From positions 1-50,282 of IMG/VR virus record IMGVR_UViG_3300033485_000020: a stretch of DNA of 50,282 nucleotides. One strand, 5' to 3'. The notes beneath the pieces were generated by a model that saw nothing but the letters and a program-made list of their open reading frames with translations, did not search any database and had not been told where the DNA came from. Each line of letters opens with the position of its first letter. Within the stretch, counting starts at the first letter, position 1. This document shows positions 19,012 through 29,300 of the stretch, in pieces. Made by a program: the position numbers and the translations under genes. Source of the stretch: a virus. Taxonomy: Duplodnaviria > Caudoviricetes.

Positions 19012-19437
19012 ATGGCAAATCAAGCATCAAATCACATAAAGTATTTATTAGCAACTGGGGCAGTAGACTTTCTCAACGATCAGTTTATCATAATCCTTAT
19101 GGAATCTGGCTTTGTGTTTGATAAAGACACACATGAGGAATATGTAGACGTATCAGCGAGCGAGATTCCAGCTGGTAATGGATACCTTCAATTCACTAAA
19201 GTCCTCGCCGGAGTAGCAGTTGCTGAGGATGATGTAGATGATCGCTGCGAAGTTACTTGGACTAATCCTGCGTGGATAGCTGCTGGTGGAGATATAGGCC
19301 CTGCCTCAGGTGCTATCATCCTGGATGATACAGTAGCTAATGATCCGGTAGTTGGCTACATAGACTTTGGTGGTGACTATACTCAGGCCGATGGTGGAAC
19401 TGCTACATTGTCAGGTGTTGAAGTTAGAATTCAGTAG
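19012..19437 (+). CDS. Putative tail structural protein
   Basis: E...GNGY, W.A.GG.IGP...AII.DDT and GYIDFG motifs typical of phage tail-associated proteins. Confidence 0.6.
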   Translation: MANQASNHIKYLLATGAVDFLNDQFIIILMESGFVFDKDTHEEYVDVSASEIPAGNGYLQFTKVLAGVAVAEDDVDDRCEVTWTNPAWIAAGGDIGPASGAIILDDTVANDPVVGYIDFGGDYTQADGGTATLSGVEVRIQ

Positions 19438-19446
19438 GAGGAAGTA

Positions 19447-20676
19447 ATGGCTACTACACTAATTCCTACTACTCTATTCGCTACAACTTTAGCTCCTACA
19501 ACCATAGCAGCTGATGATGTAACTATTGTATGTGATCCTATAGTACTCACTTTCGTCAAGCCTCAGGGAGTACTCAGTCACATTCCAGGACCTATTGACC
19601 ATGACTTAGATTATCTTCTTGATATAAGTGATGATCCTATTGTTATCACATTATCCCAAGAAGGCTCTATTAGTGGAATGTCTTCTGGTGATTATAGTAT
19701 TCCAATTACTATATTCATAGAAGGTTCATTGGTTGTAGGTACAGTCATCTCCTGTAATCCAATAGTAATAACTCTCGAAGTCTCTCCAGTTGCAGAAATG
19801 ATCCTTCAATCAAACGTCTGCAACTTTGTAGCGTGGTCTCAGATTGGGCATCTGAATTTTGACATAACCAAGACCAATGAAGCTGGTAAGATAGTGATGG
19901 ATTGGCGAGGGTGTGTTAATGAGATACTTAAGCTGGGAAACTCAGCTGTGGTATACGGAGGAGATGGAGTAGCTATTCTGACGCCTTCTCAAAATAAGTA
20001 TGGGAAGCAGACTATTCATCGAATAGGATTGTTGAATAAAGAGGCAGTAGCTGGGACTGAGTATGAGCATTACTTCATTGATAAAAAGTATAGGTTGCAT
20101 AGGATTACTCAGCAGAATGGACTAGAGCTACTTGACTATTCTGAGTATTTATCTCTATTGACTAATCCAAAGTTAGCTCTAGACATTTCGGAGAAGCTGC
20201 TCTACATCTGTGATAATGTCTATGGATTTGTCTATGGGACTCAAACTAAGAGTTTTGGCGAGGGGCCTATAAACATTACTGGAGTAGGTTATCAGGGAAC
20301 AACTCTCTATGTTACTTCAGTTGGGACTATTAGGATTCCAAAGTTTCATGTTACTACAGATATGTACGACTTAGGTACACGAAAGCCTAAGACAGTCCAG
20401 GAGATAGAACTAGGGACTGATCTTACAGTTGGTCTCGAGGCTAAGATTGAATCTCGACTTAGTAACAAACTCCCATTCATTAGTTCTCGGTGGGTTCTAG
20501 TTAATCCTACTGGTCGAGCATTCCTTCCATGCTACGGGATTGAGTTTAAGTTTCATGTAAGATCATTTATGTATGAGTACTTTGAGCTTGATTACTTAAC
20601 AATTAAAGGAACCATGCATGAGTATGAATACCTAGAGGCAATAGGAAACTCTGTCAGGAATGATCCGATAAGTTAA
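19447..20676 (+). CDS. Tail nozzle/stabilisation protein, C-terminal part (putative), with N-terminal TTLAPTT tag
   Basis: Starts MATTLIPTTLFATTLAPTT, has PIV(I/L)T repeats, then a propeller-like region from NFVAWSQIG. Confidence 0.55.
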   Translation: MATTLIPTTLFATTLAPTTIAADDVTIVCDPIVLTFVKPQGVLSHIPGPIDHDLDYLLDISDDPIVITLSQEGSISGMSSGDYSIPITIFIEGSLVVGTVISCNPIVITLEVSPVAEMILQSNVCNFVAWSQIGHLNFDITKTNEAGKIVMDWRGCVNEILKLGNSAVVYGGDGVAILTPSQNKYGKQTIHRIGLLNKEAVAGTEYEHYFIDKKYRLHRITQQNGLELLDYSEYLSLLTNPKLALDISEKLLYICDNVYGFVYGTQTKSFGEGPINITGVGYQGTTLYVTSVGTIRIPKFHVTTDMYDLGTRKPKTVQEIELGTDLTVGLEAKIESRLSNKLPFISSRWVLVNPTGRAFLPCYGIEFKFHVRSFMYEYFELDYLTIKGTMHEYEYLEAIGNSVRNDPIS

Positions 20677-20695
20677 ATTTATTTTAAATGCGACT
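20671..20695. promoter_or_regulatory. 25-bp quasi-palindromic site, copy 5
   Basis: agttaaATTTATTTTAAATgcgact. Confidence 0.85.
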
Positions 20696-20703
20696 GGTGA
20701 AGA

Positions 20704-21141
20704 ATGGTTATTAGACTACTTCCGAATCAAGTACCTAAGTTATGGAATCAGATAAAGTACGCAGTAGTTAATACAGACAGAGTTAGTGAGAAGGACATGC
20801 CTAGGTATTTGAATGACTTACTGCACGCACTCTTGAGTGACAAAGCTCAGTGCTTTATTAGGTTTGATGAAGATAGAATGTTGAAAGCTTTGTGTATTAC
20901 TAAGATTGGATTAGATGAGTTGTCGGGGGAGAGGTCATTAGTATTACAATGTCTATTCTCGTATCAGAGAGTCCCTGAGCAAGAGTGGAAGGATAACTTG
21001 GAATTCATAGAGTTGTTTGCTCGGAAAAGTAAATGTAAGTCTATTCTTGCATACTCGGAGAATCAGAGAATTTTTGACTTGGCCAGTAGCACTAATTTTG
21101 AAGAACGCTTTAGATGTTTTATAAAGAGACTGGAGGACTAG
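20704..21141 (+). CDS. GNAT-fold-like tail/ejection-associated protein
   Basis: 145 aa between nozzle and ejection genes (the position of T7 gp13); FARKSKCKSILAYS. Confidence 0.45.
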   Translation: MVIRLLPNQVPKLWNQIKYAVVNTDRVSEKDMPRYLNDLLHALLSDKAQCFIRFDEDRMLKALCITKIGLDELSGERSLVLQCLFSYQRVPEQEWKDNLEFIELFARKSKCKSILAYSENQRIFDLASSTNFEERFRCFIKRLED

Positions 21142-21142
21142 C

Positions 21143-22000
21143 ATGGGTGGAAGTGGGTCAACTACTACTAACATAGTCAGATATGCACCTTATTTAGAGA
21201 GTAGACACATAACATACTTAGATAAGGTAAATGCATCTGTTAACCTAGCCATGGTTGCATCTCCTTACGCGGCTTACACAGCAGTAGACTTTGACGATGC
21301 TTTGTATGGCGCTGGATATGCAATAGGTTCATTCCCGTCCCTCTATGATATGTATGGGAAGTTTATGGCTGGTCTGGATATAGAAGTGTTGTTTGACGAA
21401 GCGTTTGAGGAAACTATAAATGGCACTGTAGTCAGCAACGCTATATCACAAGAAGCTAGCATCCTAGAAGATGACATGGAGAATAACATCCTTCCGAGGT
21501 TTAAGGAAGGAATGAGAGATATTAACTCCGTAATGAGTTCTACATTTATAGTTGGCCAGGCTCAGCTCGAAGCAGAACGACTTAAGGCTATTTCTAGATT
21601 CAGCGCAGACCTCAGAGCAAAGTTACTTCCTATTGTAACTGAAAGGTGGAAAGCTCATCTTAATTGGAATAGTGATGTTGTTCAGATGTATGCACAGATT
21701 GCAAAGTTCGCTATATCGGTTAAGCTTGATACAGATAATCAGAACTTGGAAATGGCTGCGAAGGATGTCCTCTGGCCATTTAATGCTCTACAGTATCAAA
21801 CTGCTGCGCTTGGAACTCTGAGTGGAGCAACTAATACTTCGTCAGATACTGCTGGTGGATCGAAGACGCAGAGAGTGATAGGAAGCTCATTAACAGGAGC
21901 AGCGAGTGGAGCTATGATAGGAGCACAGATTGGATCAGGTGGAGGTTTTATAGGCGCTGGTATTGGAGCATTAGTAGGCTTAGCAGCTGGTTTGTTTTAG
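21143..22000 (+). CDS. Internal virion/DNA ejection protein
   Basis: MGGSGSTTT start, helical body, C-terminal glycine zipper (GAASGAMIGAQIG...GAGIGALVG). Confidence 0.65.
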   Translation: MGGSGSTTTNIVRYAPYLESRHITYLDKVNASVNLAMVASPYAAYTAVDFDDALYGAGYAIGSFPSLYDMYGKFMAGLDIEVLFDEAFEETINGTVVSNAISQEASILEDDMENNILPRFKEGMRDINSVMSSTFIVGQAQLEAERLKAISRFSADLRAKLLPIVTERWKAHLNWNSDVVQMYAQIAKFAISVKLDTDNQNLEMAAKDVLWPFNALQYQTAALGTLSGATNTSSDTAGGSKTQRVIGSSLTGAASGAMIGAQIGSGGGFIGAGIGALVGLAAGLF

Positions 22001-22023
22001 TTAAATTTATTTTAAATTGGACT
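21999..22023. promoter_or_regulatory. 25-bp quasi-palindromic site, copy 6
   Basis: agttaaATTTATTTTAAATtggact. Confidence 0.85.
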
Positions 22024-22033
22024 GGAGATAGTT

Positions 22034-23380
22034 ATGGTTAACGGAGTCTTTGGATTAGGATCTGACTTTATTGCTAAGTTAGGTCAAGGAATGGCTGGGC
22101 AAGGAATGGCAGCACAGCCTGGATTTCTACAAAACTTATTTTCCAATAGATTATTCCTCCAGATGCTTGGCGCAGCTGGAGCTGATCTCTCACAGGGCAC
22201 AGGAGGAAAGCATACTCTTGAAGCTCTCACTAAGAACTTAGCTGGAGGTAGTTTTAAGGAGCTAATGGGAGCGTTGATGAAAGGAGGAGCTGATGCAAAG
22301 ATGACCATTGGAGGAGATGGAAGTGTGTCGTTGAAGACTGCCCCTGGTACAACGCAAGGTACTCAACCTCAAGTCCCATCAGTAACTCCTAACGTATTCA
22401 ATCCTCAGATACCTACTACACCAGCAGGCTCTCAGCCTATTGGATCGTCTGGGACTCAGCCTAATAACTTCTCTGACATAATAGGTCAGATGATGCTTGG
22501 TAAAAGTTTTTTCGCGCCTAGTCTGTCAGGATTGTCAGCGTCTGACTTGGCAGGCTTAGGCCCTGAAGAAATTGCGCAGGCGCTGACCTTGAAAGGGAAC
22601 TTTGATGAGTTAGGTATGCAACGGCTTAGGGATATCTCTGATGCAATGTTCAGAGGATCACAAGTTAGTGATTGGGCAGAGCAGAGGAGATTGGCTGCTA
22701 GTGGACAGGATGTTGATAGAACACAAGCAGAGACTGCTCGACTAAATGCTATCAGAGCACTTGCTGATGAGATGAGAGAATCTCCTATAGAGATTCCAGG
22801 TATTGGAAAAGTCGATCTTAAGTCCTTTAACGCTTTGCCAGAGAAAGCTAAGGCATATGCTTTCTATGTATTTGATCAGAAGAAGAATAGTAGAGCCCCA
22901 CTGGTATATGAAGCGTGGGAAGCTCAGATTGATGCTCCTACTTTGAAAAAGTACTACGATCTTTCTAAAACAGATTCTGGGTTTAAAGAGTTTCTTATGG
23001 AGTATCAAGAGCGTGGATCTACTAAAGTAAGTAACTATATGACTCCTGAAGCGACTGCCTTATCTAGAGGTAAAGCTGAGCCTTGGGTTCAGTTGCAAGA
23101 TCCTAAGCTGATAAATGCTGAAGTATTTAGTCATCCTGAGTATGAGGCAGCTAAGGATAGTTATGATCTTGCCATGCTATCAGATAACAAGGATAAAAGA
23201 GATGAGGCTAGGACGGAGTTTGCTCTTGAGACCGCTAAGATTAGAAAGAAGGTAGTCCTTGGCATGATAGCTGCTGGAAAAGGTACTATTAAAAATATGT
23301 ATCTTAAAAATGGAAAGATGGTAATTGAAGTAATTAAAGAGAATGGTGAGCCTACGGTGGTGTCTTATGCCCTTGACTGA
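22034..23380 (+). CDS. Internal virion/DNA ejection protein
   Basis: Gly/Ala/Gln-rich N-terminus; precedes the giant protein. Confidence 0.55.
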   Translation: MVNGVFGLGSDFIAKLGQGMAGQGMAAQPGFLQNLFSNRLFLQMLGAAGADLSQGTGGKHTLEALTKNLAGGSFKELMGALMKGGADAKMTIGGDGSVSLKTAPGTTQGTQPQVPSVTPNVFNPQIPTTPAGSQPIGSSGTQPNNFSDIIGQMMLGKSFFAPSLSGLSASDLAGLGPEEIAQALTLKGNFDELGMQRLRDISDAMFRGSQVSDWAEQRRLAASGQDVDRTQAETARLNAIRALADEMRESPIEIPGIGKVDLKSFNALPEKAKAYAFYVFDQKKNSRAPLVYEAWEAQIDAPTLKKYYDLSKTDSGFKEFLMEYQERGSTKVSNYMTPEATALSRGKAEPWVQLQDPKLINAEVFSHPEYEAAKDSYDLAMLSDNKDKRDEARTEFALETAKIRKKVVLGMIAAGKGTIKNMYLKNGKMVIEVIKENGEPTVVSYALD

Positions 23381-26300
23381 TCAGATGGATCTTGAGCTGG
23401 AGAAGTATTATAGAAATAAGTCTATAAAAACTAGTGAGCCTGTGCAAGCCTCTACTGATGATATTGATACTCAGCTAGAAGCTTATTATAGGAAGAAGAA
23501 AGTCTCTTCAGCTCCTCCACCAAAACCTAAGGAAGAGCCTAAGCCTATGACTCTTCCTCCAGAGAGAAGATCTGTAGGAATTCTTCCAGTTCCAATGGAG
23601 ATGGGAAGAGAGGGTGGAGGAGAATGGGGAGGAGGACGTTTAGCTAAGCCTTTAGAAGGTCCTGCTAAGTCAGTAGAAAGTTTTATTGAAGGTGTTGGAG
23701 AGGCTCTTGATCCTAGACCAATAATTACTGAAACTTATAAGCGTTGGAAAGAAGGGGACCTTCCTGGAATGGCCGAGATAATTTCGGGAGGGTTTGTTAG
23801 TAAGGATTTGCTTGAAGGAAAGACTACTGGAATATCTGGGATAGAAAAACTTAATGTCGGGGCCAAGGCATTGCTAAAAGGCAATCCAGTTGAGGCCGCT
23901 AACGAAGCAGCTAAGGCTATTCCTTTCTTCGGACCTATGCTTGAAGCAGTTCAGTATTATTTAGATCAGGGAGAGTATGCTAAGGCTGCTGGGCTAACTA
24001 CTGGAATACTAATTCCTTTTAAGGCTGGACAAATACTTCATAATATAAGGATGGCAGAAGCATCAGCTAAGGCTGCTAAAAGGTATGAGAGAGTAGCGGT
24101 TGATACGTCTAGACAAGAAGCAGCTATTTCTCAAATGCCTGAAGGTTCTCAGAAAGAAACAGCTACTGCTCAAGTTGAGAAGGTCAAGAAATCTAACAAA
24201 GCTAAGGCTGAGAAAATAGTTCAAGAGGAAGCTCAGAAGGCAGTCGTCAAAGCTGATGTAGCTGCGAAGGCTAGACAAGTCAAAGAACGAAAAAAGATGA
24301 GAGCTGTTCCTGAGATTGCGAAGGAGACTAAGGCTGAGGTTCCTACAGTTCCAGAGAAATCCATAGAAGACATTATGGCTCCGGTGAAGGAGCTTGAAGC
24401 GCAGCAGAAGGCTAAAGGTGAGCCTATTAGGGTTAAAGTTCCTTCTGTGATGAGAGTGTCAGAAGTCCCATCCAAAATAAATGAGACTCAGTGGGTTAAG
24501 GAGAATGCTCCTGATATTTATAGAGAAGCGGAGCGTCGTACTAGGGAGCGTACATCAGAGATATGGGATGAAGCGAGGAGACAAACTGAGAGGGCTAAGA
24601 TAGCTCAGGAGAAAGAGTTCATTATTCAGCCTGATGAATATGCAGCGCTGGACGCTCACTTCGATGATTGGACTGAAGTGCCTACGAGTGAGTTGGTAGA
24701 GTTCTTACAGAATAGAAGGAGAGGGAAAGTTGAGCCGTCTAAGAGGACGCCTGAAGTGTTTGAGGATGAAGCTACGTTGGAAAGGGAACTAGCGGAGATA
24801 GAAGCAGAGTTCACACCTGACAAGATGGAGATTAAGAAGGGAGTCCCCGCTGCTACACCTTCTTTGTCTAAGGTCGAAGCACTTAATGCAGTCAGAGAAA
24901 AGTTAGATACTCTACGTAAGCAGCAAGAAGCAGAAGTAGATGCATTCTTAGACGATATTGACTTGGGATTAGGAGTAGAGGAATCACCTGGATTGGTTGG
25001 CGAGGTTAGTCCATTTAGAACTGATCCGAGCGCTACTAAGGCACAGTCAATAGCTTATGGAAAGAATCCTTTGGTTGCAGCTAGTATGGAAGAGCTGACC
25101 AATCCATCTGCGCCAAAAGATCCTATGATAACAAGTCATAAGTTAATGAATGACTTTAACAGATGGCTTGATGGCGAGGAGGTTAGTGTAGAGCAGACGA
25201 GGAATTTTCTAAGTGACTTAGCATCAAAGACAGATGACTTCAAATGGACTTTCATGGATGAGTTAGGGAACTTGGATGTTGAGGCGTTTAGTGAGTGGAA
25301 GGATTTTATTAGCGAAGGAGCGAAGTGGGCTAGGAAGACAGAGAGAGGAGGAGTGAGGAGTACACTGACTAGTTTGTATATGGGCTTGCCGATAGATGAA
25401 GCTTGGAATCAGATGAAAGTTTGGTACTCGGCATTGAGGAAGGCAGCTGAAGTGAAGTTACCTAATAAAGTTACTGGAGCACAGCTAAAGAATACTTTTG
25501 TAAGTAAGAATAGTAAAGGAGAAGACGTATTTAATAAAGGAGTTACCGAAGCTGAATGGAGGGCTATAGGTCTAGAAGATATCTATAGACCTGAGGCCTT
25601 GATAGAAAAAAGTGAGATATTAAAGAGGATAGATGAGAGTACTGTAGAGTTTAAAGATGTTATATTAGAAGATAAGCCTCATAAGAATTTCGTAGAGTGG
25701 GCTAGAGAAAGAGGATTAGATACTAGAGAAAGAGAGGCTTATGAAATATATGAAGATGAGTATGGAGTAAAAGCAGAAAGGACTAAATTCTCCTCCTATC
25801 AAGAACCTGGAGGGAGTAATTATAAAGAGTTGTTTGTGACGGCTCCTGCTACTAAAACATCTGACTGGAATAAGGCTTTTAGAGTAGTAGAGCAAGATGG
25901 TAAGTTTAACATAATGTCTCCAGACGGAGAGTTATTTATTCCTAGAGATAGATTATATAATACTAGAGAAGAGGCCTTAGCGAGGATAGCTAGAGAAAAA
26001 GACGTATCAGTAGAAGAAGGTATGAATAAAGTTAGTACTCCTAAATGGCAAGACGGCCACTCCGACTACTCAGACATAGAAAATCCTATTGTTAGATTGA
26101 GGATGAATGATAGAGTAGATGCACAAGGTAATAAAGTTCTCTTCCTCGAAGAACTTCAACCTCCTGTCCCTGACCAGCAAGCTAAGATGCCTCCTGCTTT
26201 ACAAAAAAGATGGCGTGAAATAGGAATGAAGAGGGCTATTAAGTATGCACTAGATAATGGATATGATAAGGTAGCGTGGACAACTGGGGAGATGCAGGCT

Positions 26301-29300
26301 AATAGGTATTCACTTGATAAACAAATTAGTAGTATTGATTACTGGAAAAATTCAGATGGAACATATCAACTATGGCCTAACGGAGTACAGCAAGCTGACT
26401 TTAGCCATATTCCAGCTGAAAGACTTCCTGAGTATGTAGGTGCTGAAGTAGCTCAGAGGATTATAGGTAATGAAGGTGAGTATGCACGAGGTGATGTAGA
26501 GTATGCAGCTATGTTATATCAGCGTAGAATAGGTAGAGATCATCTTCTTACTGAAGAGGCTCATCCTGATGGTGGCTATATCTCTAGATATTCTGAAGAG
26601 TTTAAGAGTTCTCCAGAATGGAAATCTTATGTAGATGGAAAGACTCTACAAGGACTTGACCTTAAGAATGAAGAGAAAGGTCTCCGCAAACTCTACGACC
26701 AAGGCCTTCCTAATGTAGCAAAGAAGTTAGGAGGAAGAGTTGAGAGTGTTGAGTTACCTAGTGGTCGTAGTGCAGAAACATTTGAAGAGTTTCAATCTCG
26801 TATGGTTCCAGAAGATAGAAATGCTCCATTAGAAGTTCAAAGAAGATGGTATGACGAGATAATTCCTGACAATAGAAATAGATTTATAACAGTCTCCTCC
26901 ATCTCTCTCGAACCTTTCAAATCTAAAATAGGAGAAGGATTTTCACTTTATAGTGGGATACCTATTGATGAGATAGTCAAAAGACTAGGCAAAATTCATC
27001 CTGCTACGTATCCAAAGACTATTCAAAAGACTATGGCTGCTATAGCCTATGAGCTAAAGGTTACTGATATATTAGACATATTTGCTGGAATAGGAAATAT
27101 AGGAAAGCTGAAAGAATATGGATACACTGGAAATATTAGAGCTAGCGAAATAGAACCTAAATGGGGAGGGGAGTCTACTAAATCACTTCATAAGGCTAGA
27201 GGAGTTGATGAATCTTATATAGGAGATTCTAGAAAACTTCCTATTGCAGATGAATCTGTACAAGCTATTTTTACTTCTCCTACTTATGGAAATATGATGG
27301 CTGCGAGGTCTCCAAGTAGAATAGATACTTATCAGGCATTAGCAGGAGGTAAACTAAAGAAAGGTAATACTGGAGGAGAAGTATGGGGACCTGAATATGA
27401 GAAGCTACATAGAGAAGCGTATGATGAAGCTTATAGGATAGTTAAGCCTGGAGGCTTCTTTGTTCTTAATATGAAAGATAAGCCAGTTTCTGCAGTAGAT
27501 GCAAAAAATAACTGGATTCCAAAGAGAGGATCTACAGTAGAAGTTAGAGATAATGTGATGAAAGCTACTGACTGGCATATAAGAGCTTTGGAAGATGCGG
27601 GATTTGAGTATATAGAAACTATAACTGTTGAGGAGGCTAAAGCTGGATCTGCTACTCAGCTATATCTTAGACGCTATACTACTGGGACTGAAAATATAGT
27701 TGTTATGGGTAAGCCTGATCAGGCTGGAAAAGTAAGAAGTTTAAAAGCTAATAGAATAAGGAGTATGTTGGATATAGAAAAATCATGGAGTGGTAAAGGC
27801 CAGATGTTATACTCAGGCATACCTCTTAATAAACTCCTAGAAGTTGGAAAGCTCTGGAAGAAGTATAGTGATGATTATGAATTAGCAAAACACATTCCTT
27901 TTAAAGTCCAACTTCAAACATTCAGAGAAAACTTTAACAAACACTGGCTATCTCAATCTGGAAACATTCGTAGAGCACTTGAGCAATATGGAGATAGAGG
28001 ACATGAGATCCTCCAAGCGCAGCTAACGACCAAGAATGGGCATCCAAGAGCTGTGAATAAACATAGACAGTTGATCAAAGAGTACGATCATGGACTAAGT
28101 AAAGAGCTCCGTGATATTAGGGATCAACTAATCCTCGCCGAACGTATGCTTTCGATTTCAAAGACTGAGTCTGGAAAGAAGATGAAGTATCCAGAGGCAT
28201 TTACTCCAGAGAGGTCTAAGATAATTAGTGAGGCGATAGGATCAAAGACTATAAATGGGATTAGAGACCTTACACCAGAAGAAGTTGCTAAGATCAGAAA
28301 GTCTACTGAGGCATACTTTGAACATCATAAGATGTTGATTGAAGATAGGTACAAAGCTGGACTAATTGGTAAGGAGGAAAGGGATAACTTAATTGCGAAT
28401 AACTTTGAGAAGTTCAGAAATGTAAAGGATATTACACCAGCTAATACGTTTGATAGAAAGAGAGAGGTGAATGTAGGAGGGAAGAAAATTCAAGTATATG
28501 ACTCAGGTATTGATACACTAGCAAAGGGAAGGACTACTGATATACTTGAAAAGAACTCAGCGCTATTAGCGTTGGAGGAGATGCATAGGACGTATGCAGG
28601 ACTAGCTAACAATGAAGCTATGACCTTAATTCTCGACACAGCACGTAGAGATCCTAACAATCCTTTTGCAAGAGTCAGCGAACCACAAGTTATTGAATTA
28701 GCTGAACAGCCTAAGAAGAGGACTGAGCTGGTTAGATCTATCCATATTAAGAAGAATGAACTAGCAATGTCTGACTATGAATATAAGGCTAGGCTTAAGA
28801 AAGAGACAGGACATACTAGTACGAAACAGTTGACTGATAAACAACTGGCAGCCTTTGATACTTCACTAGGAGGCCCTTCCAAGGGATATGCTAAGGGATC
28901 AGGACAGAAGATTCCTAAGGGTTGGAAGAGGCACTTTGTATATGAGAATGGGGCGAGGAAGATTGTATGGCTAGAGCCGAAGTTCTCTGGAGAGTTTATA
29001 ACTAGTGGTAATGATGTGTCAGGGGCATTAGCTAAGACATTAAAGTGGCTGACGCTCACACCAGTGGTGAGGACATTTGCTACTACTATTGAGCCTGTAT
29101 TTGCATTAGCTAACTTCCCTCGTGATATAACTCATGCACTGTTCGCTGCGAGAACATTTGAGAATGGGAAGTATAAGAGCTTGTATCAAGTTACTCATCC
29201 AACATCTATTCTTAAGATGCCAGCTGACTTTAAAGCAGTATTCAAAGATGCATTTAAACGTACTGGAAGATATAATGACTACATAGATGATGGCGCTGGA

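Noticed and set aside
22499-22520. Possible slippery sequence (ggtaaaagttttttcgc) in the ejection gene
   Set aside because: The ORF is open through it and both alternative frames stop within ~20 codons. I saw no clear stimulatory structure, so there is not enough support.
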